Origin: Candidatus Latescibacterota bacterium
GTDB lineage: Bacteria; Latescibacterota; UBA2968; GCA-2709665
Reading direction: 5' to 3'
Length of the DNA: 64,000 nucleotides
Assembly: GCA_965203805.1 (NCBI GenBank)
Contig: OZ241917.1
Location: 5,472,001 to 5,536,000, forward strand
In this document: one piece after another, positions 35,514 through 44,135 of the stretch
How positions within the stretch are numbered: the first letter of the stretch is position 1
Layout of the letters: each line of letters opens with the position of its first letter
Notes under the pieces: model-generated
Told to the model about the DNA's origin: nothing
Seen by the model: the letters and a program-made list of their open reading frames with translations, nothing else
Database searches by the model: none
Made by a program: the position numbers and the translations under genes

Positions 35514-35951
35514 ATGACGCATGAGGCTAGTTTCGAAATAAAAACTGCTCAGGATTTTTTGCATGAAATGGTTATACCTCAGTACAACGATTTCATTAGC
35601 AAGAATTCATCTTCACGCTATGCTTTGACGGCAATAATACTTGCATACCATATGTACGAATGGGTTCACGGGGCAGGGAAGTTTTGTCCTCAACATTTCC
35701 AGACGACCTATCCCAATGATCAAGGCTTGACGGAAAAATTCGATCTTGCAAGGAAGATTACAAACGGCACGAAGCACTTTTTGCCGAAGGTTCAAACTCT
35801 GAAACAATCAGGTTTCTCGTCCGGATTCAGCAACGCCTTCGCTCGCCCCCTGAACGTGATTTTGAACGATGGCAGTATGCTTTCCGTTGACGATTTATTG
35901 CGTGATATTGTGGAATTCTGGAAGAAACTGGACAAATGTGGCGGACTCTGA
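35514..35951 (+). CDS. Hypothetical helical protein, HEPN-like
   Basis: AYHMYEW and RKITNGTKH motifs; low GC. Confidence 0.55.
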   Translation: MTHEASFEIKTAQDFLHEMVIPQYNDFISKNSSSRYALTAIILAYHMYEWVHGAGKFCPQHFQTTYPNDQGLTEKFDLARKITNGTKHFLPKVQTLKQSGFSSGFSNAFARPLNVILNDGSMLSVDDLLRDIVEFWKKLDKCGGL

Positions 35952-36063
35952 GGCTGTTCCGTTGCCGCCGCTCCCGTTCTATTTCCACATCGGTGGATCT
36001 CGCCACACTGCAGGATGGGCAAACGCGCGTCTCGATCACGTTTGCGGCGCGTTACCGGGAAAT

Positions 36064-36336
36064 ATGAGGATCAGGCACAAGGGCTTACGGGCGCTGCACG
36101 AGCGGGACGATCCAGCACGGCTTCCGCCCAGTTGGGTGCCGCGGCTTCGGCGCATCCTGTTCCGTCTGCAAGAGGCGAACCATCCAGGCAGCGCGGACGC
36201 GCCTGGCTTCCGTCTACATCCATTGAAGGGAGACCGGGCGGGTGAGTGGAGCGTTAGCGTCACCGGAAACTGGCGTGTAGTATTCCGTTTTGAGGACGGA
36301 GAGGTCGTGGACGTGGACCTGACCGATTATCACTGA
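36064..36336 (+). CDS. higB: HigB/RelE-family toxin
   Basis: IRHKGLR...PGFRLHPLKGDR.G.WSVSVTGNWRVVFRF...DYH. Confidence 0.92.
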   Translation: MRIRHKGLRALHERDDPARLPPSWVPRLRRILFRLQEANHPGSADAPGFRLHPLKGDRAGEWSVSVTGNWRVVFRFEDGEVVDVDLTDYH

Positions 36337-36355
36337 CCGGAAGGAAACGCTGACC

Positions 36356-36640
36356 ATGAACGAAGTTTCATACAACCGTGTGGGCCCGATGCTGAACCCG
36401 CCGCATCTGGGTGAACTGATCCGCGAGAGCATGGATGAGGTTGGCTGGAACATCACCGAGACGGCGGTACGCCTTGGCTGCGAACGAGGTACGCTATCGC
36501 GCGTGTTGAACGGCAAGGCGGGGGTGTCCGCGAAGATGGCGCTTGCGCTGGAGGATATCGGCTGGGGCACCGCCGATCACTGGATGCGAATGCAGGCGAG
36601 TTACGTGCTTGCACGGGCACGCCAGGAACACGTTGCCTAA
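36356..36640 (+). CDS. higA: HigA antitoxin
   Basis: NPPHLGELIRE, HTH, MALALE..W...WMRMQASY; downstream of the toxin. Confidence 0.92.
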   Translation: MNEVSYNRVGPMLNPPHLGELIRESMDEVGWNITETAVRLGCERGTLSRVLNGKAGVSAKMALALEDIGWGTADHWMRMQASYVLARARQEHVA

Positions 36641-36795
36641 TGGACCAGTTCGTAAGGAGGGGGATAGATTGAGCCGCAGAGTTCCGTAACAATGGCTGTC
36701 TCCGCCAGTTTACGGGATGGCACACCCGCTGAAAGGGTATCAACGATGTGCGGGTGTTGGCTTCACGCTCCGGCACGATCCCGAAGGGGTTTTCT

Positions 36796-37734
36796 GTGGG
36801 ACATCAGGTTTTGAGTACGGACGTCGGTTCCCGGATTCAGCCGACGATTGTCGAGCACGTCGGCAGGACGCCGCTGTTGCGCATCCGGAAGTTCGCGGAC
36901 CACCTGGACGGCGTTGAGATTTACGCGAAAATGGAGATGTTCAACCCGGGCGGATCGGTCAAGGACCGGCCGGCGCTGCAGATGATCCAGGACGCTGTCG
37001 CGACGGGGGAATTGACACGCGACAGGGTGATTATCGATTCCACGTCCGGCAATACGGGTATCGCCTACGCCATGATCGGCGCGGCGCTGGGGTACCGGGT
37101 GGAACTGGTGATGCCGGGCAGCGTGAGCGTGGAACGCCGGCACGTGATCCAGGCCTACGGGGCCGACCTCGTGCTGAGCGATCCGCTGGAAGGCTCCGAC
37201 GGCGCCATTCTGAAGTGCAGGGAGATTCTGGCGGCGAATCCCGAGCGTTATTACAAGCCGGATCAGTACAATAACCCGTCGAATCCCAGGGCGCACTATC
37301 TGCAGACCGCACCGGAAATCTGGCGGCAGACGCGCGGCCGCGTGACCCATTTCGTGGCGACGCTCGGCACCAGCGGCACGTTGATCGGTACCGGCCGGCG
37401 GCTGAAGGAATACAACCCCGAAATCCGGATTGTCGCCGTGGAGCCGCCCGAGTTTCACGGAATCGAAGGACTCAAGAATATGGACGTGTCCATCGTGCCG
37501 GGCATTTACGACCCTTCCGTGTGGGATCGCAAGATCCGCGTGGAGACCGAAGACGCCTATACGGCCGCCAGGCGGCTGACGCGCGAACTCGGCGTGCCCG
37601 CCGGGCAGTCGTGCGGCGCGGCCTTCGCCGGGGCGTTGCGCGTGGCCGAGGAGGCGGGCGAAGGGGTGGTGGTTACCCTTTTCCCGGACAGCGGCGAGAA
37701 ATACATGAGCACGCCGCTCTGGCGCCTGGACTGA
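36796..37734 (+). CDS. cysM: PLP-dependent cysteine synthase (CysM-like)
   Basis: NPGGSVKDR, TSGNTG, GTSGT, IEGLKN, PDSGEKY; start uncertain. Confidence 0.85.
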   Translation: MGHQVLSTDVGSRIQPTIVEHVGRTPLLRIRKFADHLDGVEIYAKMEMFNPGGSVKDRPALQMIQDAVATGELTRDRVIIDSTSGNTGIAYAMIGAALGYRVELVMPGSVSVERRHVIQAYGADLVLSDPLEGSDGAILKCREILAANPERYYKPDQYNNPSNPRAHYLQTAPEIWRQTRGRVTHFVATLGTSGTLIGTGRRLKEYNPEIRIVAVEPPEFHGIEGLKNMDVSIVPGIYDPSVWDRKIRVETEDAYTAARRLTRELGVPAGQSCGAAFAGALRVAEEAGEGVVVTLFPDSGEKYMSTPLWRLD

Positions 37735-37746
37735 AGGAGAGCGGAT

Positions 37747-38214
37747 TTGGATCGGGCGGTCTGGAAAGAGATTCACGAACACGCGGGAAGGGATTATCCC
37801 GCCGAATGCTGCGGGATCGTCGCGGAAGGTGCGGACGGCGGTTTTCAGGTGCATCCATGCGAGAACATACAGGACCGGCTGCACGCGCGAAGCCCGGAAG
37901 AACACCCGCGCACCTCGAAAAACGCCTACCGTATGGACGATCTGGAAGTCCACCGGATTTTTACGGAGACGGAAAATGCGGGCGGACGCGTGGCCGCGTT
38001 CTATCATTCGCACATCGACTGCGGCGCGTATTTTTCCGAGGAGGACCGTCAGGCCGCCATGTTCATGGACCAGCCGGCCTTTCCCGACGTGGTGTACCTG
38101 GTGGTCTCCGTGGTGGACGGCGCCGTACGGGGCGCGGCCGGATTCGCTTGGGACGAGCAGACGAAGGAATTTGCGGAATCGGCGCTGGAGGGCTACGATC
38201 CGGCAATCCGATAG
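37747..38214 (+). CDS. JAB/MPN+ (M67, Mec-like) metallopeptidase
   Basis: YPAECCG and YHSH.....FS..D JAMM motif. Confidence 0.9.
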   Translation: MDRAVWKEIHEHAGRDYPAECCGIVAEGADGGFQVHPCENIQDRLHARSPEEHPRTSKNAYRMDDLEVHRIFTETENAGGRVAAFYHSHIDCGAYFSEEDRQAAMFMDQPAFPDVVYLVVSVVDGAVRGAAGFAWDEQTKEFAESALEGYDPAIR

Positions 38215-38357
38215 GGTCCGGATCGCGGGTGGGCCTCACGAAAAAAAACGGGCGCACACAGGAATAAACGGACAGACCGACGCATTCAGATTTCAATTGC
38301 CGTAACATATTTCCGGGACGGGACACCAGATTCAACCACAATCAGGAGGCTTGGACG

Positions 38358-38642
38358 ATGGGCTTGACCGTACGAATTCCGACGCCGTTGCGAAAATTCA
38401 CGGGCGACCGCGCGGACGTTGAAGCCAGCGGCTCGACACTGGGCGAATTGCTCGACGACCTGGAAGCCAGACATCCGGGCATCAAGGAAAACCTGGTCGA
38501 TGCGGGCACCGGCGGCTTGCGCCGGTTTGTGAACGTGTACGTCAACGACGAGGACGTCCGTTTTCTCGATGGTACGGAGACGCCGCTCAAAGAAGGCGAC
38601 AGCGTAACCATCGTTCCGGCTATCGCCGGAGGGCGATGTTGA
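38358..38642 (+). CDS. ThiS/MoaD-family sulfur carrier (CysO-like) ending GG-RC
   Basis: VRIPTPLR, FVNVYVNDEDVRFL, IVPAIAGG. Confidence 0.92.
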   Translation: MGLTVRIPTPLRKFTGDRADVEASGSTLGELLDDLEARHPGIKENLVDAGTGGLRRFVNVYVNDEDVRFLDGTETPLKEGDSVTIVPAIAGGRC

Positions 38643-38687
38643 TTACCGCCGTGGCCCATCTCCGCCAGGCTTGTTCGGAGGCCGCCT

Positions 38688-39116
38688 ATGCAAATCTCCT
38701 CAAAGGGCAATTACGGATTGCGGGCCGTTCTGGATCTGGCGCTTCATTACGGCGAGGGGGTCGTGCAGAGTGCGGATATCGCGACCAGACAGGACATTCC
38801 GGAGTCATATCTTGCACAGTTGCTGAATCTGCTGCGCAATGCCGGGCTGGTACGGAGCGTCAGAGGACCCCGGGGCGGCCACGAACTGATCCGGCGGCCC
38901 GACGACATTACCGTGGGGGCGGTTCTGGAGGTCCTTGAGGGGCCGGTCCGGTTGTCCGGAGAAACGCCGGAAGGCGAGCACGGGACAAAGGACGTTTTGC
39001 GGGAAGTCTATGAACGGCTGGAGGCGGCCGTGGAGGAAGTCCTGGACTCGGTCACGTTCGGCGACCTCTGCGCGAAATATCGAACCAAAAGCGGGCGTAT
39101 TGTCTTTCGGATCTAG
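38688..39116 (+). CDS. Rrf2-family regulator (CymR-like, no Fe-S Cys triad)
   Basis: YGLRAVLDLA, IPESYLAQLL..L..AGLVRSVRGPRGG. Confidence 0.9.
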   Translation: MQISSKGNYGLRAVLDLALHYGEGVVQSADIATRQDIPESYLAQLLNLLRNAGLVRSVRGPRGGHELIRRPDDITVGAVLEVLEGPVRLSGETPEGEHGTKDVLREVYERLEAAVEEVLDSVTFGDLCAKYRTKSGRIVFRI

Positions 39117-40274
39117 TGTTTCGTCCCAGGAGTAACTTGCAAAAATAGTTCACTTGCCATAGATTCCCTATAGCGAAAGGAGGAATCTATGGCCAGGGGA
39201 CGTCCGTTAGCGCCACTGAGTATTGGGGATGAGGTTCGTGCGCAACTGGAAACCATTTCCCGTTCAAGAAGCATGTCGCACAGTCTTGTGTGCCGGGCGA
39301 AGATCGTTCTGATGAGTGATCAAGGGCTGTCGAATCAGCAGATCGGACGACAGCTTGGTCTGTCGGGAGCCACAGTCGGGAAGTGGCGCCGTCGGTTTTT
39401 AGAACAAGGTCTGATGGGGCTTTATGATGAATTGCGCCCCGGGGGGCCCCGCTCGATCAGCGATGAGCGCATCGCCTCGCTGATTCATGCAACGCTCAAA
39501 GACAAGCCGTCGGGAGCCACCCACTGGACCTGCCGCTCTCTGGCAGCCCAGACGCAACTGTCCAAGTCCACGGTTCAGCGCGTGTGGAAAGCGTTTGGTC
39601 TACAGCCGCACCGGCAAAAACACTTCAAGCTGTCCAATGATCCGTTCTTTGTCGAGAAGGTACGTGACATTGTCGGACTGTATCTGAACCCTCCCGACAA
39701 CGCGATGGTATTATGCGTTGACGAAAAGAGTCAGATCCAGGCATTGGAGCGAACGCAGCCGATATTGCCTTTGGGGTTGGGCTATGTGGAAGGGGTCACC
39801 CACAATTATATCCGGCACGGCACCACGACCTTGTTCGCCGCGCTGGAGGTCGCTTCCGGCAAGGTGCTGGCCCAATGCAAACCCCGACATCGACACCAGG
39901 AATTTTTACAATTCCTCAAATATATCGACCAAAACGTCCCGAAGGACCTTGACATTCATCTCGTCGTCGACAACTACGCCACGCACAAGCACGAAAAAAT
40001 CAAACGCTGGATCGCAGCCAGGCCCCGATACCACGTTCACTATACACCGACCTATGCGTCCTGGCTCAACCAGGTCGAGATCTGGTTCGGCATCATTACC
40101 CAGAAAGCCATCCGACGCGGGACCTTCAAAAAGGTGAAAGACCTCATCGCCAACATTCAGGATTTCACCAACCATTATAACGCCAACTCACGACCGTTCG
40201 TCTGGACCGCCACCGCAGAATCGATCCTTGACAAGATCACCAGACTTTTTGAACTAATTCATGGGACAAGACAC
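39116..40274 (+). mobile_element. IS630-family insertion sequence (1159 bp)
   Basis: TIRs GTGTTTCGTCCCA / GTGTCTTGTCCCA (reverse complement); flanked by TA. Confidence 0.92.
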
Positions 40275-40277
40275 TAG
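39189..40277 (+). CDS. IS630 transposase
   Basis: HTH; CVDEKSQIQAL, HGTTTLFAAL, DNYATH, SWLNQVEIWF (DDE). Confidence 0.95.
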   Translation: MARGRPLAPLSIGDEVRAQLETISRSRSMSHSLVCRAKIVLMSDQGLSNQQIGRQLGLSGATVGKWRRRFLEQGLMGLYDELRPGGPRSISDERIASLIHATLKDKPSGATHWTCRSLAAQTQLSKSTVQRVWKAFGLQPHRQKHFKLSNDPFFVEKVRDIVGLYLNPPDNAMVLCVDEKSQIQALERTQPILPLGLGYVEGVTHNYIRHGTTTLFAALEVASGKVLAQCKPRHRHQEFLQFLKYIDQNVPKDLDIHLVVDNYATHKHEKIKRWIAARPRYHVHYTPTYASWLNQVEIWFGIITQKAIRRGTFKKVKDLIANIQDFTNHYNANSRPFVWTATAESILDKITRLFELIHGTRH

Positions 40278-40438
40278 TATCCTGTCCCAAAAATACCTCA
40301 CCATTCTTCCGCCGATTCATCCCGTCTCGCGGCGTTGCCAGCGCTCGACGACCTGGCCAGGTCGCCTGCGCTCTGGCGCCTTGCGAGCCGGGCGACTCGA
40401 CGGCCGAATTCAGGCAACTTATTTCCGGGACAGAACAC
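40277..40438. mobile_element. 162-bp MITE, IS630-type ends
   Basis: TIRs GTATCCTGTCCCAAAAATA / GTGTTCTGTCCCGGAAATA (reverse complement); TA on both sides; internal hairpin; no ORF. Confidence 0.85.
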
Positions 40439-40440
40439 TA

Positions 40441-41598
40441 GTACTTAATTGGTTAAATTAGAGTATTTTTCTTCAAGGGCTTTGGGTCGGACTTTTGTGG
40501 ATTTCCACTCGAAGGGATGTGCGTTCTCGTTGTAGGCGTCAATGAAGTGATTGATGGCGGTGCGTAAGTCTCGAATCGAGGTGAAGGAGCCGCCTTTGAG
40601 CGCGCTTCTCCACAGGATGCTGAACCAGATTTCGATCTGGTTGAGCCAGGATGCGTGGGTGGGGGTGTAGTAGAAGTGGACATTGGGATGGCGTGGCAGC
40701 CAGCGGTCATTCTTGGGCTTGTGGGTGTTCAGGTTGTCGAGGATGATGTGGAGTTCCTGATCGGGGTATTCGGCGACAAGTTCGTTCATAAAGCTCAGAA
40801 ACTGGCGTCGTTTGCGCCTTTTGTAATGCCCGGCCTTGACGAGGCCGGTGGCGACGTTCAATGCAGCGAATAACGTGGTGGTGCCGTTTCTCTTGTATTC
40901 GTGGTTAAAGCCGGTTACGGCCTTGCCGTTGGGCAGCTTGAGCCATCCCTGTACCCTTTCCAACGCCTGAATCGCGGGCTTTTCGTCGACGCACAAGACA
41001 ATCGCATTTTTGGGAGGTTCCAGATACAACCCCACGATGGCTGCGGCCTTGGTGGCAAATTCCGGATCGGTGCTGATACACCAGCTGCGCCTTCTGGCCA
41101 GCGAAATGCCGTGGTTGCGCAAGACCTGCCAGACATAGTGGACAGAAATTCCCAGCTTGTCGGCCAACAACGGACCGGTCCAGTTTCCATAGCCCTTGGG
41201 CGGGGCATCGTCCAAGGCCTCCAAAATGCGCTTTTCGCTTGACTGGTCGTACTTGGCAGGCTTGCCCGATCTCGCCTTGTCCTGCAACCCGGAAAGACCC
41301 GACTCGTGAAAGCGCCGGCGCCACTTGCACACCGTGGCCTCGCGCGTTCCCAGATCCCTGGCGATGTCCCGGTTCGCATCGCCCTGGGACGCTGAAAGAA
41401 CAATCCGGGCGCGCAGCACATAACGGTGTTGCGTCTTGCCTGAACGTGTCCAACTCAACAGCGTCTCTTTTTCCTCGTCACGCAACGTGATCAACACGGC
41501 GGGGCGGCTCATAGGCGGTCTCCTCTCCACAGTTGAACTGAGATCGATTCCCTATGAGCACAAGATATATTATTTCGCTTTTTTTGTCAAGTAAGTAC
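40441..41598 (-). mobile_element. Second, distinct IS630-family IS (1158 bp)
   Basis: TIRs GTACTTAATTGG / GTACTTACTTGA (reverse complement); flanked by TA. Confidence 0.92.
40445..41512 (-). CDS. IS630 transposase
   Basis: CVDEKPAIQAL, RNGTTTLFAAL, DNLNTH, SWLNQIEIWF. Confidence 0.95.
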   Translation of the reverse strand: MSRPAVLITLRDEEKETLLSWTRSGKTQHRYVLRARIVLSASQGDANRDIARDLGTREATVCKWRRRFHESGLSGLQDKARSGKPAKYDQSSEKRILEALDDAPPKGYGNWTGPLLADKLGISVHYVWQVLRNHGISLARRRSWCISTDPEFATKAAAIVGLYLEPPKNAIVLCVDEKPAIQALERVQGWLKLPNGKAVTGFNHEYKRNGTTTLFAALNVATGLVKAGHYKRRKRRQFLSFMNELVAEYPDQELHIILDNLNTHKPKNDRWLPRHPNVHFYYTPTHASWLNQIEIWFSILWRSALKGGSFTSIRDLRTAINHFIDAYNENAHPFEWKSTKVRPKALEEKYSNLTN

Positions 41599-41606
41599 TA
41601 GATATT

Positions 41607-42557
41607 ATGTCCACCTCCAGGACCCACCCAATGGATTCCCTCAGGAAGGGCGACAGCATTCTGGATCTCATCGGCGCGACGCCCATGGTCCGGCTGAACC
41701 GGGTCGTCCGCCCTGAGGGCGCCGACGTGTGGGCCAAGCTGGAGGCGTTCAATCCGGCGGGCAGCGTGAAAGACCGGACGGCGCTGGCCATGATCGAGGC
41801 AGCCGAAGCGCGCGGCGATCTGAAGCCCGGAATGAGAATCATCGAGCCCACCAGCGGGAACACGGGCATCGGGCTGGCGATGGTCGCTGCCGTGAAGGGG
41901 TACGGGCTGACGATCACCATGCCGGAAGGCGTCAGCGACGAACGCCAGAAGCTGCTCAGGGCGCTGGGCGCCGAGGTTGTGTTGACATCGGCTTACGACG
42001 GGATGCAGGGCACCATCCAGAAAGCGCTGGAACTGGTCGAGGACGGTACGGAATGTTATCTGCCTCAACAGTTCGAGAATCCGGCCAATCCGGATGTGCA
42101 CCGCCGAACGACGGCGCGGGAGATCCTGCGGCAGATGGATGGCGCGCCCGACGTCTTCGTCGCTGGCGTGGGCACAGGCGGGACGGTCACCGGCGTGGGA
42201 GAGGTCCTGAAGGCGGAATTTCCGAAAACCTGCATTGTCGGCGTCGAACCCCAGGATTCCGCAGTGTTGTCCGGCGGACAGGCCGGACCCACGGAAATCG
42301 ACGGGCTGGGCGCCGGGATGGTCCCCGACGTTCTCAATGTGGATATCCTGGACCGCGTCATACCGGTTACCAATATACAGGCGCGCCGGATGTCCCGCAG
42401 ACTGGCGAGAGAAGAGGGCATCATTGCCGGCATTTCCTCCGGTGCGGCTGCCCATGCCGCCACAGCGGTCGCCCGCCCGATGTCGCCGGATGAACGTGTG
42501 GTCGTGATCCTGCCGGATACGGGTGAACGATATATGGACGCTTATCTCTTTGCGTAA
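41607..42557 (+). CDS. cysK: Cysteine synthase A
   Basis: NPAGSVKDR, EPTSGNTGIG, QQFENPAN, GVGTGGT, PDTGERY. Confidence 0.93.
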   Translation: MSTSRTHPMDSLRKGDSILDLIGATPMVRLNRVVRPEGADVWAKLEAFNPAGSVKDRTALAMIEAAEARGDLKPGMRIIEPTSGNTGIGLAMVAAVKGYGLTITMPEGVSDERQKLLRALGAEVVLTSAYDGMQGTIQKALELVEDGTECYLPQQFENPANPDVHRRTTAREILRQMDGAPDVFVAGVGTGGTVTGVGEVLKAEFPKTCIVGVEPQDSAVLSGGQAGPTEIDGLGAGMVPDVLNVDILDRVIPVTNIQARRMSRRLAREEGIIAGISSGAAAHAATAVARPMSPDERVVVILPDTGERYMDAYLFA

Positions 42558-42564
42558 ACGAGCG

Positions 42565-42614
42565 GGAAAGAAACGCGCCCGGTGTCTCAATGGACACCGG
42601 GCGCGTTTCTTTCC
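42565..42614. terminator. Bidirectional terminator cysK/rpsT
   Basis: Perfect 22-bp stem GGAAAGAAACGCGCCCGGTGTC with 6-nt loop. Confidence 0.85.
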
Positions 42615-42626
42615 AGGAAAGGTCGT

Positions 42627-42878
42627 CTACAGGGCATTTGCCCGTCGCGCGAGGTCGGATTTGTACCTGGCAGCGGTGTTTCGATGCAGGACACCCTTCT
42701 TTACGCTTCTGTCTATGACCGACACCGCCTGCGGCATCAACGCTTCCATTTCCCCTCTGTCACTGGTGTTCGCCGCCTTTTTCAGGACGGTTCTCAGAGC
42801 GGAACGCGCGCTTCGATTGCGCAGCCGGGCTCTCCGGTTCTGCCGGAGCCTCTTGTGGGACGACTTTAGCGTGGGCAA
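42627..42878 (-). CDS. rpsT: 30S ribosomal protein S20
   Basis: KSSHKRLRQN...RNRS.RS.LRT..KK; KKGVLHRNTAARYKS. Confidence 0.95.
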   Translation of the reverse strand: MPTLKSSHKRLRQNRRARLRNRSARSALRTVLKKAANTSDRGEMEALMPQAVSVIDRSVKKGVLHRNTAARYKSDLARRANAL

Positions 42879-43085
42879 CTCGTACCTCCTTCGCGCCCTC
42901 GAGGGCGGGAGCGGACATTTCAGATTTCATCAGATATCGAAGCGAAAAATGTAATAAAAAACGTCACCGTCCACAACAGAATTATTGAAAGTCGCTGAAT
43001 TACATATCGTTTCCACTGCGCCGTAACCGCTTTATTTCCGGACAGATCGTGGATCTTCCCGCAATGCGGATTGCCGCGCCGGTTC

Positions 43086-44006
43086 TCAATTGACCTTCAG
43101 CAGCTCAACCTCGAAGATGAGCGTCGAACCGGGCGGGATTCTGGGAATGCTGCGGTCGCCGTAGGCAAGATGGGAAGGAATGTAGAAGACGTATTTCGCG
43201 CCTTCCTTCATCAGTTGCAATCCTTCCGTCCAGCCCCGGATGACGCCGTTGAGCGGGAATGTGGCCGGTTTTCCACGTTTGATGGAGCTGTCGAATTCGG
43301 CGCCGTCGAGGAGCGTTCCCCGGTAGTGCACGGTCACCTGGTCCGTGGCGGAGGGCGACTTCCCGGTACCCTCTCTGGTCATCTTATACTGCAGTCCGCT
43401 GGGCAATTCGACGACGCCGTCCTTTGTCTTGTTTTCCGCCAGGAACTGCCTGCCCTCCTCTTTGTTCTTCATCGCCATTTCTCCAGTGTTGGGTCTCGGG
43501 CTCCGCGCCTTCATCTGCGCCCGCTGCTTTTCGATCATCTTTTCCCGCAGCGCAGCCATTGTGGCTTCGATCTCCTCTTTGGTCATCCGCGATTCTGTCT
43601 TTAATACGCGGTCCTTTACACCGAGCGAGAACGCATCGGGGTCAACTTCAATACCAGTATTCTGGCGCAGGCCGTTTACGATGTCTCTGCCCACGGCGTA
43701 ACCGAGCGAATAGTTGAGTTTCTGCGTGTCCGGTATGTCTTTCTCCTGGCGAAAGGCCAGCAGCGTCTGCTCCATTTCCTCACGGGTGTAGAGGGTCCCG
43801 CCGCCCGCCGCCGCTTCTCTGACGCCCTTTCCGTACGCATCGGCATCGAGGGAGATCTGCGTTTTTTGCAGCCCTTTCGCAACTTCCTGGCCGATCGTGA
43901 ATCCCAGGCTGTAGCTGGTTCGCTCGTTTTCGGTTGCCAGTTCCTTTTTATCGGCTTCACATGCGATGAGTAGAAGCGATACAAGCAATATCCATCCTTT
44001 TCTCAT
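43086..44006 (-). CDS. FKBP-type PPIase lipoprotein (Mip/FkpA-like) with duplicated N-terminal domain
   Basis: Lipobox LIAC; two SYSLG/NYSLG units; SGLQY, VHYRGTL, VIRGWTEGLQLM. Confidence 0.92.
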   Translation of the reverse strand: MRKGWILLVSLLLIACEADKKELATENERTSYSLGFTIGQEVAKGLQKTQISLDADAYGKGVREAAAGGGTLYTREEMEQTLLAFRQEKDIPDTQKLNYSLGYAVGRDIVNGLRQNTGIEVDPDAFSLGVKDRVLKTESRMTKEEIEATMAALREKMIEKQRAQMKARSPRPNTGEMAMKNKEEGRQFLAENKTKDGVVELPSGLQYKMTREGTGKSPSATDQVTVHYRGTLLDGAEFDSSIKRGKPATFPLNGVIRGWTEGLQLMKEGAKYVFYIPSHLAYGDRSIPRIPPGSTLIFEVELLKVN

Positions 44007-44135
44007 TGAACTCTCCTGTCTGATCGGGTGATTTCTTCGCTCGCTACGTCACATCAGCAACGGGAGCCGTGTCGAACGGGCAAAAGAGGCTGACACTTCC
44101 GTTCATAGCCCGCCGTCGAACGACGCCGTTCGTGG

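Noticed and set aside
23334-36700. Island integrated at tRNA-Lys
   Set aside because: No integrase and no duplicate of the tRNA 3' end found by eye; host-like cysH lies between the tRNA and the island.
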